Source of the DNA: a virus
Virus record (IMG/VR): IMGVR_UViG_3300010885_040738
Location: 29,185 to 93,184 of that record
Length of the DNA stretch: 64,000 nucleotides
Reading direction: 5' to 3' (one strand)
The translations under genes and the position numbers were made by a program. Positions within the stretch are counted from its first letter, which is position 1. Each line of letters begins with the position of its first letter. Shown piece by piece: positions 39,089 to 48,900 of this stretch. The notes below the pieces were generated by a model. That model was not told where the DNA came from and did no database searches. It saw only the letters and a list, made by a program, of their open reading frames with translations.

Positions 39089-39351
39089 GGCCGCACCAAA
39101 GCAGGATTCATAACCGGCTGAACCAGTTTCTCTTCTTGCGGCGCGGAGACAGCGTCACTGATCTCCTGCTGGACAAAGGCCCACTGCGCAATTGCATCCT
39201 CTTGTGACAACTCAGAGGCTGCAGCCAAAATCGTGAACGTCGCCTTTGCGCCGGCGAGGTAGCAGGCCTGAGCGAAAAGCGCCTGCTCTCGTGGCATGTT
39301 GCGGGGCAGCTTCTCCCGGAACTTATTGAAGTGATCAGCCAGCTTTAGCAT
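39082..39351 (-). CDS. Hypothetical protein
   Basis: AAGGA SD; overlaps the RHH stop codon and the DUF3307 remnant start. Confidence 0.65.
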   Translation of the reverse strand: MLKLADHFNKFREKLPRNMPREQALFAQACYLAGAKATFTILAAASELSQEDAIAQWAFVQQEISDAVSAPQEEKLVQPVMNPALVRPC

Positions 39352-39485
39352 TTCTTCCTTTCGACATACTCTTTCAGGATCTTGGCGACAAGCGAGCTCA
39401 TGCTGCGCGTCTCCAGTGTGGCGATTCGAGCCAGGCGCTCAACGACATCGCCATCAACCCGCGCTTTCAGTGTTATTTTTTGCAC
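39345..39485 (-). CDS. RHH DNA-binding protein leading the leftward moron (not in the ORF track)
   Basis: MQKITLKARVDGDVVERLARIATLETRSMSSLVAKILKEYV. Confidence 0.7.
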   Translation of the reverse strand: MQKITLKARVDGDVVERLARIATLETRSMSSLVAKILKEYVERKKC

Positions 39486-39550
39486 TGCCTACAAAATGAC
39501 ACAACACGGCCCATGAAATCAAGGTGCTGGGTAGTCACTATAATCAGACC

Positions 39551-42001
39551 ATGGGCATCAGAGCGACTGTCTCGCCAATTTTGCCGGCCAAGGCCGTTGC
39601 TCCGTCGAGAATGAACGCGCCGCCGTCCATCCGGTCACCGCAGGGGATGAAACTATTCGGCAACCAGCTGGCGAACTCTCTGGCAGGTGACCTCGAAAGC
39701 ATCAATAACGTCCTGAACTCACTGGCTACGGCGCTAAAGACGCCCCCGTCAATCAGCCAGTTATTGCTGACGAATCAAGCCGGGGAAGTGACCGCGGCCT
39801 TTGGACCCGTAACATTCAACGGTGTCCAGTACAACAACTTCCTGAGCGAGATCCACGTTGGCGACCCGTTGCATACCGGCGACCCGTCCAAAGCGCTATT
39901 CAATGCCAATCTGGACGGCTCTGTCTCGATTGGTCAGAGTGGCTGGCTGGATGTTCACGACCCTTGGGATGGCAACGCAGCGTGGCTCGGGACCCAGTTT
40001 GAGACGACGACAATTACCGGCGCGGCGAATAATGGCGCAGGGCTGATCCGACTGACCATCCCCGCGCACACGCTGGCTACCGGGAACGTGGCGCAGGTTC
40101 GGAACATGAACCTCGTGAACGTGCCGAATGCGGACGGCACCTGGACGGTTACGGTCATCAGCGCCACGGAGGTCGACCTGCAGGGAAGCATCTGGAGCGG
40201 CCCGTACATTGCGATAGTGGACCCTCCGTCTGGCTTGACGACTTACCAGCCGACTATTGACCGCGTGCTGCAGATTTCCGATGCGACATCGGCGGCCGGG
40301 CTCATTCGGATCAAAACGTCAACGGCTCACCAGTACGTGTCCGGTTCTTCTGTCAGTATTCCGTCACCAGGGCCCGGCGGCGTCCCTAATGCGGTCGGGC
40401 GATGGGTGATCAGCGTCCCGCAAACTCTTGCGGTGACCGGAGCCGTAAATAACGGTGCAGGGCTGATCCGGCTGACAATCCCCGGGCACAACTACCAGAC
40501 TGGTGACAGGCCGAAAATACTCAGCGTCGGCGGTGTCCCGAACGCCAACGGGTATTTCTACGTGACGGTCATCAACGCCACGCAGGTCGACCTGCAGTCG
40601 TCACTGTTCGCCGGCGCGTATACAACGGGCGGGACGGCGACGTTCTTGCGCGCCAACGTCTTCGACCTGACAGGCTCCACGTTCGCGGGCGCGTACACTT
40701 CCGGCGGGACCGTCCTTCAGTACTTCGCCGGCATGCTGGCCCAGACCGTCGCAATCGGGTCATCTTTCCAGAACTACAAGCTTCGAGCCTTCCCGTCTGG
40801 CGACCTGCGTATCAGTAACGCGACGATTGAGCTATCCGCAGCTGGCGGGACAATCCTGCTGGACCCAACTACGGGCCAAATCAAGCTGAGCAATACGTTA
40901 AATCTTTCAGGTATCCTGCTGGATGCGACGACGCCATCGCTGACGCTTTTGGATCAGTCTGGAAACTCAACGGTTGCAATGCAGATCCTGACCGAGGCTG
41001 GACTTTTGGTGACTGCAGCCACCAACGCAGCGCCGACAGTGCTGACTGTTCCGGGTAATACATACGTTAACGGCGACACTGTTTTTATTCAATTTGAGAC
41101 GGGCAACACGATCATCAACGGCTACCGCATCGTGCAGGACGTTGGCATCGCGGGCGTCGGAACGTTCCGGGTCACGCCGCTTTCCGGGCCTCCTTTGCTG
41201 AACGGAAACGGCGCATTTGTCGGTCCGGCACTTTGCCAGCGATACTACGCCGGATTGCTGGCGGAAACTTTAGCGCTCGGGGAGTCGTTCGCAAACTACA
41301 AGCTTCGGTTCTTCGCCGACGGCACTCTGAAGATCAACAACGCGGCGATTGACCAGAGCGTCATTACGAATTCTTCGGTGACGGTTAGCAGCCTAACCAG
41401 CACTGCCGGCACGCCAGGGAACCTTCTGACGCTGACGATTGCCAATGGCGTGATGACGGTCTCCGGAACCGGCACGCAGGCGGGGAACGGCAACGTCACG
41501 ATTGACGGGATCATGGAGTCGGGTGAACTATCGCTGGTTGGCAAAGCTGCGGCACCTACGGCACCAGCTGCAGGAAAGGCATTCCTTTACTACGACACGG
41601 CTTTGGCCGGACTCAGGTACAACCTTGGCGGTGCCGGGTGGGTGACGATTGGAAATACATTGCCGGCTGGCGCAAATACCGAACTGCAGTTCAATAACGC
41701 TGGCGTGTTCGGGGCGAGCGCCTCACTGACATGGAACGGAGCCATTCTGACAGCCAACGCGCTGGTAGCGTCAAACGGAATCACAGTTGCCGCGAGCGGA
41801 ATCTCTGTAACCTCTGGCGCTCTCGTGCTTTCGTCCGGGTCTATCAGTGCCAGCGGAAACCTCCAGCTGGGTGGCGTAACCAGACTGAACAGTAGCGGTG
41901 GTGCTTTTTTCACGGCTCTGACTATGAATGGCGTGATAGGGTACACGGGGACCGTGGCCAGCGCGGCTGGTAGAAACATTGACAACGGAGTCATTGTATA
42001 A
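39551..42001 (+). CDS. Tail fibre/structural protein with 3-4 E1-FCCH-like repeats
   Basis: Repeated ITGAANNGAGLIRLT..H....G..V...VPNA.G...VTVI.AT.VDLQ.S; TATAAT 6 nt upstream of the ATG at 39551. Confidence 0.75.
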   Translation: MGIRATVSPILPAKAVAPSRMNAPPSIRSPQGMKLFGNQLANSLAGDLESINNVLNSLATALKTPPSISQLLLTNQAGEVTAAFGPVTFNGVQYNNFLSEIHVGDPLHTGDPSKALFNANLDGSVSIGQSGWLDVHDPWDGNAAWLGTQFETTTITGAANNGAGLIRLTIPAHTLATGNVAQVRNMNLVNVPNADGTWTVTVISATEVDLQGSIWSGPYIAIVDPPSGLTTYQPTIDRVLQISDATSAAGLIRIKTSTAHQYVSGSSVSIPSPGPGGVPNAVGRWVISVPQTLAVTGAVNNGAGLIRLTIPGHNYQTGDRPKILSVGGVPNANGYFYVTVINATQVDLQSSLFAGAYTTGGTATFLRANVFDLTGSTFAGAYTSGGTVLQYFAGMLAQTVAIGSSFQNYKLRAFPSGDLRISNATIELSAAGGTILLDPTTGQIKLSNTLNLSGILLDATTPSLTLLDQSGNSTVAMQILTEAGLLVTAATNAAPTVLTVPGNTYVNGDTVFIQFETGNTIINGYRIVQDVGIAGVGTFRVTPLSGPPLLNGNGAFVGPALCQRYYAGLLAETLALGESFANYKLRFFADGTLKINNAAIDQSVITNSSVTVSSLTSTAGTPGNLLTLTIANGVMTVSGTGTQAGNGNVTIDGIMESGELSLVGKAAAPTAPAAGKAFLYYDTALAGLRYNLGGAGWVTIGNTLPAGANTELQFNNAGVFGASASLTWNGAILTANALVASNGITVAASGISVTSGALVLSSGSISASGNLQLGGVTRLNSSGGAFFTALTMNGVIGYTGTVASAAGRNIDNGVIV

Positions 42002-42049
42002 GGGGCGCTAGATGTCCTGACGGAAAGCTGTACAATATGAGGGAAAGCT

Positions 42050-44470
42050 ATGGCCACTTCAATGTACGCCCCGAGAGCAAGCGCATACCGTCCGCTCGTA
42101 AACCCGACGGGCACGAATCCGATTGGGTTCAATAACTCTACTGATGCGCGGAAAGTCACGGCCAACCAGCGCCAACTAATTCAGGGGCAAGGAGATATTC
42201 TCCAGCAGCAGGCCGGGGACTTGGCGAATCAGTACCGTGACCAGGCTGGTGGCGTTGAAGATTACCTTCACGAGGCGTACGACCCCATGGCGGCCGGGCA
42301 GGGCGGGTACAATCCCGAAGAAGCGGCGGCCATCAACCTTTCACCGCAGGAAAAGCAGAACATGGTCACCGGTGCTGGGATCTCATCCGGCGTTGGCACT
42401 GCGGCATCGGTGGCCGCGGCTGAGCGCGCTGCTGCGGCGGCTGGTGGCAATCCGATGGCGCTGGCAACCTACCGCGCTCGTGCGGCTCAGTCTCAGGCGG
42501 CGAATGCTGGTGACTCGATGACAAAGGCACGGGTAACCGCAAAGCAATTGGAGTCGCAGGGAGCCCAGACAACCGGCGCAGCCAGGCTCGGGCAGCAGGA
42601 TAAGGCGCTCGGGTACTACGGCCAGCTTCAGGGGCAGAAAAACCAGAACGCAGGGAACCAGCAGGCGCTGCAGCAGGGAGCGTTTAGCACAACTGTTGGT
42701 GGCACCAATGAAGCGACGGGCGGAGTGCTCAAGGCTTCGCAGACGCCCAGCAAAACAGACAAGATCATCGGCGGAGTCGCCGGTGCGGCAAAGGGGCTTC
42801 TGAGCTTCCTCGAAGACGGCAGCGACGGGTATCTGGATGGAACCGACGCGGTTGTCGGCGAGGATGGGCCCGAAGCGATTATTGAGGCGAGTCCCATGAT
42901 GGCCGATGGCGGTGAGATGTCGGAGGATGGCGTGCCGATGTACTCGTTCGACACCGGGACGCCGTCGCCGGAATACTCCAACCAGGGTAGCGGCGAGAGT
43001 GGGCAGCGCATGCCGTTCCGCGAGAGAGCTCAGGGCATTCTCCAGAACTATCTCGCAAAAAACCAGCAGCAGCCGATGGGCGCACCGCAAAAACCTGCAG
43101 AGCAATGGAACCCGACGACTCCGTACCAGCAGTTGGGTGACGCGATCGGGTCGATTGCGGGGAAGGGCATTAGCTCGGCGATGACAGACAAGGGCGGCGA
43201 CACCATGGCGGCCGATGGCTTGTCACTACAGGGTGACGGGCCGGAAGACAACGGCTACAACGACAACAAGTCGGTGAGCGGCTATTTGTGGGATTCCGAG
43301 GGCGATGGGTACCTGCAGGATTCGCCGGATGGCGTCATGGCCATGGCGGACGGGAAGGCTCCGGGTGTGGGCATAGCGGAGACGGAGGCCAAAATGCTGC
43401 AGTCCGCCAAGCTTCAAAGAAATGCTGCGATGCGGATGAAACAAGGGCCCGGGAAGTCAGGCGAAATGCCAGACCATGACACGGAGCAAAGCGTAATGTC
43501 CGCAGAGGGCAACAACATGCAGCGATTCGCGGAGGAAGCTATGGCGATGCGGCGGCAAGGCCCATTGAGTCGCTACAAGGCCGACGGCCAAGCGCCTATG
43601 GTGGCATCGCTGAGGCGCTATGACGATACGCCAGTGTCGAAACAGTACGGTAAGCCCGGCGCGGGCGAGACACTGAGGGATTACATAAAGCGCAAGGAAT
43701 CAGACATGGCGACGAATTCGATTTCGGCTCAAATTCGCCAACCAAACAGGCAAATTTTCTGGGATTCGGACAAGGAGGCCGGGCCGATAACAAGCGGGCC
43801 TACTCATGGATTCACCGACCCGAGCGCTCCTGCTGGCATTCCTCAACATCAGGTTCAAAAACAAGCTGAAGAGGCTATGGCAGCTCGTCGCAATTTACCG
43901 GCCGGGGAGCCCGGCGCGATGGGCCCTATGTATCGAATCGGAACATCGTACGGTAAAGGGGGTCGCTACAAGGCCGACGGCCAAGCGCCTATGCCGTCCA
44001 AACAGTACGGGCGTCCTGATGTCTCCGGGCCACCGCGCCCCGGCATGCAGGAAGAGAAGTTCCGCAGCACTCCGCAACAGCAGTACGAGCGCAGCCTGCG
44101 CGGGCCGCAGGAACCGATGCGGCTGATGCGGCGATTTGAAGATAGCCCAAAGCAGCCGCAGGAACCGATGCGGCTGATGCGGCGATTTGAAGATAGCCCA
44201 AAGCAGCCGCAGGAACCGATGATGACTCGCACCACTATGGTCCAGCGATATAAGCCCGATGGCTCTACTGATGGCGCGCCCTACGAAAAGCCGCAGCCGC
44301 CAATGGGCAACCGCTACAAGGCCGACGGCCAGGCACCCATGCCGCCGAAGATCGTCACGAACCCCACGCGGGTCCGCCTCGCGCCCGGTGACGCGGTTGT
44401 CCCGCTGACGTACCGGCCGCACGCCAAGGTTCGCCCCAGTGCATTTGTAAACGCCTACCGAGGAGCCTAA
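42050..44470 (+). CDS. Internal virion (ejection) protein with repeated ADG motifs
   Basis: Q/A/G-rich N-terminal half; VVGEDGPE; RYKADGQAPM x3. Confidence 0.65.
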   Translation: MATSMYAPRASAYRPLVNPTGTNPIGFNNSTDARKVTANQRQLIQGQGDILQQQAGDLANQYRDQAGGVEDYLHEAYDPMAAGQGGYNPEEAAAINLSPQEKQNMVTGAGISSGVGTAASVAAAERAAAAAGGNPMALATYRARAAQSQAANAGDSMTKARVTAKQLESQGAQTTGAARLGQQDKALGYYGQLQGQKNQNAGNQQALQQGAFSTTVGGTNEATGGVLKASQTPSKTDKIIGGVAGAAKGLLSFLEDGSDGYLDGTDAVVGEDGPEAIIEASPMMADGGEMSEDGVPMYSFDTGTPSPEYSNQGSGESGQRMPFRERAQGILQNYLAKNQQQPMGAPQKPAEQWNPTTPYQQLGDAIGSIAGKGISSAMTDKGGDTMAADGLSLQGDGPEDNGYNDNKSVSGYLWDSEGDGYLQDSPDGVMAMADGKAPGVGIAETEAKMLQSAKLQRNAAMRMKQGPGKSGEMPDHDTEQSVMSAEGNNMQRFAEEAMAMRRQGPLSRYKADGQAPMVASLRRYDDTPVSKQYGKPGAGETLRDYIKRKESDMATNSISAQIRQPNRQIFWDSDKEAGPITSGPTHGFTDPSAPAGIPQHQVQKQAEEAMAARRNLPAGEPGAMGPMYRIGTSYGKGGRYKADGQAPMPSKQYGRPDVSGPPRPGMQEEKFRSTPQQQYERSLRGPQEPMRLMRRFEDSPKQPQEPMRLMRRFEDSPKQPQEPMMTRTTMVQRYKPDGSTDGAPYEKPQPPMGNRYKADGQAPMPPKIVTNPTRVRLAPGDAVVPLTYRPHAKVRPSAFVNAYRGA
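44104..44221 (+). repeat. Perfect 51-bp in-frame tandem repeat x2.3 (PQEPMRLMRRFEDSPKQ)
   Basis: Units start at 44104, 44155 and 44206. Confidence 0.9.
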
Positions 44471-44472
44471 TC

Positions 44473-45927
44473 ATGGCCGTTCCATACCTTCAGGACGAAG
44501 AACTGTTTCCGCCGCTGGATACCGATCCGCGACTGGGGCCGAGGCCGCTGCCACTGTTTAAGACGCAGCAGCCATTTCGCCTTCGAGCGAATGGACCGCA
44601 ACTGGTTCCGCAACAGGAGCCTGCGCAGTTCGTGGACTACGGCGATCAGACTCCCGATCAGTTTGAGGGTTACCTTGGGCCGGAAAGTGATCCAGACTAC
44701 AGCACGGGGATGATCCCTGGCATGGTTGGAGTTAAGTCGCTAGAGCCGCCGGATGATTACGGGTCTGACCAGTTCCAGGGCTACGTTGCCCCGGAAAGTG
44801 GGACGCCACCGGGAGCAGGCAGCGTTATCACTGCCCCATCAGCCCCCGGCTCAACTGTCTATCAGAACAAGCTCCTCAACGCAATCGGCGACCGCCCGGA
44901 GCGCACAAAGCCGAAGTGGTGGCAGAGTTTGGGCGCGGCCGCTCTCGGTGGTGCGGCTGGCTGGTCGAATGCTGCTGGTCGAACACGGAAGCCGATTGAA
45001 GTTGATGAGTCGGTCGATGAGATCCTGAATCCCGGCTACGCCCGAAAGTTGACGGATTGGACTTCTCGGGTGAAGCAACTGCAGGGTCAGGCTGACATCG
45101 AAGGCAAGCAGAATCTTGCGGCACGTCAGGGGCGTCAGGATACGGCTGCGGCTGACCTGCGCGGCGCTCAGGCTACTGCTGCCCGGGCTCATGCTGATTA
45201 CTGGCTGAAGCGTGCGAATGCAGAGGCCAATCGGTTCAAGATCGTGGGCGGAAAGGTCTATGACACTACGACCGGCGAACTGAAGTCTGGCCCTCCCACT
45301 TCAAAGGAAAAGTACGACGAGGCGGTTGCACTTGGCGTGGCTCCAGATCAGGCACGTCACTACGCCCTGACTGGTAAGATGCCGGAGCCTGCAGCAAAAA
45401 ACAAGTCCCAGATGCAGGTCTATTTGGAGGCCAACAACAACGATCCGGTTGCGGCGTTGGCTGCCATGAAGCGGGACAAGATTGAAACCGCCAAGGGATC
45501 TCGCAAGCCGGAGTCTGCCGAAGCCGCAGAAGCCCGCGAGGCTGCGCGTGAGTTGCGAACGAACAGGGATATTGACGGGGTTTCGCAGCGTAAACTGGCG
45601 CAAGAGAATTCGATCAATCAGCAGTACATGCAGGCTATCAAGGCAATTGAGTCCAGCCAGAGCCTGAACGATACGCAGAAGGCTAACCTGAAGCGCCAAG
45701 AGGCTGGTAAAACCGTGTCGGCGCTGCAGGGCGTTGAGGATGAGTTTGTTCGTTCGGCAGCACGTCGCGGTATCACGAGCCCTGATAAGTGGCAGGTCTA
45801 CACCGACGACCAGGGCAACGTGCAGTATAAAAAGGCTGGTAGCGGCGTAGATGCCAGCAAATTCGACCGCCGAGGCGGAACAGCAAAGAAACCAGATCCG
45901 GCACAATTCGACAAGCGTGGCAGGTAA
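44473..45927 (+). CDS. Internal virion (ejection) protein
   Basis: Pro-rich N-terminus, helical Ala/Lys/Gln body, amphipathic LGAAALGGAAGW segment; located just before the giant gene. Confidence 0.6.
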   Translation: MAVPYLQDEELFPPLDTDPRLGPRPLPLFKTQQPFRLRANGPQLVPQQEPAQFVDYGDQTPDQFEGYLGPESDPDYSTGMIPGMVGVKSLEPPDDYGSDQFQGYVAPESGTPPGAGSVITAPSAPGSTVYQNKLLNAIGDRPERTKPKWWQSLGAAALGGAAGWSNAAGRTRKPIEVDESVDEILNPGYARKLTDWTSRVKQLQGQADIEGKQNLAARQGRQDTAAADLRGAQATAARAHADYWLKRANAEANRFKIVGGKVYDTTTGELKSGPPTSKEKYDEAVALGVAPDQARHYALTGKMPEPAAKNKSQMQVYLEANNNDPVAALAAMKRDKIETAKGSRKPESAEAAEAREAARELRTNRDIDGVSQRKLAQENSINQQYMQAIKAIESSQSLNDTQKANLKRQEAGKTVSALQGVEDEFVRSAARRGITSPDKWQVYTDDQGNVQYKKAGSGVDASKFDRRGGTAKKPDPAQFDKRGR

Positions 45928-45935
45928 TATAAATC

Positions 45936-48900
45936 ATGGCCGATCAGCAGGGATACGACGTAGCAGGGGCGCGCAAAGCTGGTCTGTCTGACGATGACAT
46001 TCTTGGGTACCTGAATCAAGATAAGTCGTACGACGTTGACGGAGCCAGAAAGTCTGGCCTTTCCAATGACGACATGATCGGGTACTTGGCCAGTCGGCCA
46101 GCACCTGCAGCGAAGGTTGCCATGGCTGGTGCCTCGCCCGCTACGCCTGCTACCAAGCCAGTGCCCATCACAGGGCCAGTCCCGCCGGGGCTGATCGGTC
46201 CGGTAGCTACACCCGAGCAGGCTTTTGAGGCTCAAAAGAATTACGTGCCGGGCATCCCGAAGATGTCGGCATTGCCCAACGATCTGGATGAGTTGCCGCG
46301 AAGCTTAGCGACAATTCGCGCTCGCGCAGAAGGCCCCGTAGATCGACGTGTGCCGCCGGGGCCAACGGGCCCGCCGACTACACCAGAGCAGGTCGTTGCG
46401 ACCCAAAAGCAACTGTCGCCGTCAATTCCTAAAATGTCGGCATTGCCGACGTCCACGATGGATGACGTTGATGAATTTCAGCGGAGGATGAACGAGCCGA
46501 CCGGCAACCGCGTACTTGACGCAATTAGGACCGGCGACTACCGCAAGCTTGTCCCGCCAGCACCGCCGGCAAAACCAGCGACGATTACTCCTGAGTCAAC
46601 CGATCAGGATATCGAAAACGCGGCATCGGAATCGTTTTTTCATCACTCCGATCAAATAGGGCGCGGTGCCGCACGTGCCCTTGGTGCATTTGTAAGCCCT
46701 GAGAGTCTGGATTCGATGGCGATGATCGCCATGACTGGTCGCGGGCTTGCTGCGTTGGCGAATACACCAAAACTGGCGAGGGCGCTTCGGAATGCGCCGG
46801 AAGTCCTGAAAGCCCTTGACGTAGCGGCAGGAGCCGCAGTCCCTGCCGCTGTTGCCGGGTACGGCGGCGCGCAGTTGCTCACGCAGCCTGCACCATCGAA
46901 CCTTGAAGAAGCAACGGAAACAGCGATAAATGCTTTGATCCTCGGCGCAGGCACCATAGGCGCGATCGAAGCTGGCAAGAGTGTCCTGTCCAGGTACGCA
47001 GCGGAAACCAGCGGCAATGTAAGGATGCCCGGCGGTGCGGAGGTCCCGGCTAAGTCTGTCGGCGGTATCCCGGAAGTTGACCCACGCCAAGCGGCCGCGA
47101 ATGCTGCGGCACTCGAATCGCAGGGGCAGAACCTTGCGGCGATGTACTGGAATGGGCGCAACCTCAACGCACCAACTGAATTCTCGACTACCGCTGGAAG
47201 GATGTTCCTTCAGCCCGCACAGATTATAAAAAAGGCCGGCGGCAAGGTTTATCGCTATGAATCGGTACTTGATGCGGACGGGAATCTGGTCGTCGGTGGA
47301 ACGCCTGAGACGGTAAGGCAGTGGCTGGAGCACCGGAAAGCCAAAGTCAATACCTATGCTGCTGTCCCGGGGGCTGGCGGAGCGCCGCTCATCGCTGATG
47401 TCGGGACTGTCCAAACTGGAGCGTCGAACCTCAAGGCTGCGCCTGGAACCTTTCAAACGGCTGACACTGCGCTTGAATCTGACGCACCTACGCCCCCCGT
47501 AACGCAGCAGCCCCTTACCCCCGTTCAGCAAGCCGCCGGCAACCTGATGCAGGATACTTTGGGGTTCAATCCCATGGCCCCGGGCACCGAGTCTGCCGCG
47601 CCGCAGCTCATTCCTGACATCAAGGCATTTCAGAAAGCCCGTGCCGCGTGGTTGAAGCAGACGAGCGCTGCACGAGATGAATGGGAACTGGAGTCGGACA
47701 AAAGGGCAGTTGCTTTCATGGAGGCCAACCCGGGCGTTACGTGGGAAGACGCCAAGGCCGCGACCGCAGACCATGCTCCAGCGCCACAGCCCGGGCAGGA
47801 GCCGCGCCCCGAGGATTTCAAGACTCTCGCGCCTCCGCCGAAAGTAGAGCCGGTCAAAGAAGTAAAGCCGGACAAGACGAAGATCGTCACGGGCCGGACG
47901 AATAATCCGCCGACAGCAGCCACCGCAACGACGCCAGAAAGCCCGGAGACAATCGCTGCCCAGGTTACGCAGCTTGGCGAAGGCACCCGCCGCGTGGTCA
48001 TGTTCCCAAGGGGGCAAGGCCAGCCAGCGCAGTTTCCCGATAACGTCGGCATCACGAGCGATGGCCTCGGCAATACCTACGCTTACAACAAAGACCTCAT
48101 CACCCCGGCAGCCGTCCAGACGGCCGCACGCAACAACACGCTCCCGGAAATCCTTGGCCACGCGCAGATGGGCATGGGTGCGCCGGACAAGTCCATGCTG
48201 CAAGGCGATGTCGTTGTCGTTGTGGTTCGTGACGCGAACGGCGTGGAGGTCCAGTCCACCGCCACGGATGAAGCGCATTTGGAGCAGACCACGGCTGCGT
48301 CTCAGGCACTTATGCCGGAGGGTGGATCGGTTGGTATTGAGACTCCGGAGCAGGCGGTTGGGGGGCGGACTGAGGCGCCCGCTGCGCTTCAGGCTCCCGG
48401 TCGGGTTGGCGGCGGGGCTGAGGCAGGAGGCGCGCCAGTCCAGCCGCCGGAGCAAGAAGTAGCCAGCGAATATGACGGCGTGCCACTTAGTGTGCTGAGC
48501 GCATTTCCTGGTATGATCAGCCCCGGTCTGGACCTCATCCCGCTAAGTAACTTTAGCCAGACCGAACAGGCTGCACTTCGTAGTGCTGGATTAGTAGAAA
48601 CCGGAACATCCAAGAGCGGAGAATATGAGGGCGTAGACTCGGGAAAACTATGGCCGTTGCGTAGCGCCGCATCCGATGCCGGTGCAGGCAAGACCAGCAC
48701 CCACATGCCAGCCCCACCAACGCAGTTCCTGCCGCCGCGTCAGGTAGGAGGGGAAACGCCCACCGGTGACGATGCCCTGATTGGGGGGCGGACTGATATC
48801 CAGGCTCCTGCGCCATTTAAGTTCCCGCTACTGGCCCCATTTAGCCAAACATTCAAAAATCCGATCGTGTCCGTCGGCAGTATCCGTGATATTTACCCAG

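Noticed and set aside
44104-44221. CRISPR-like array
   Set aside because: The repeats are contiguous, in frame and have no spacers; this is a coding tandem duplication.
42050-44470. Tape measure protein (VGEDGPE motif)
   Set aside because: No tail tube, sheath or frameshifted chaperone genes nearby; context fits a podovirus-type internal protein.
46596-48455. 619-aa antisense ORF and similar long shadow ORFs opposite major genes
   Set aside because: Typical antisense shadows of GC-rich coding sequence; no SD or protein-like motifs.
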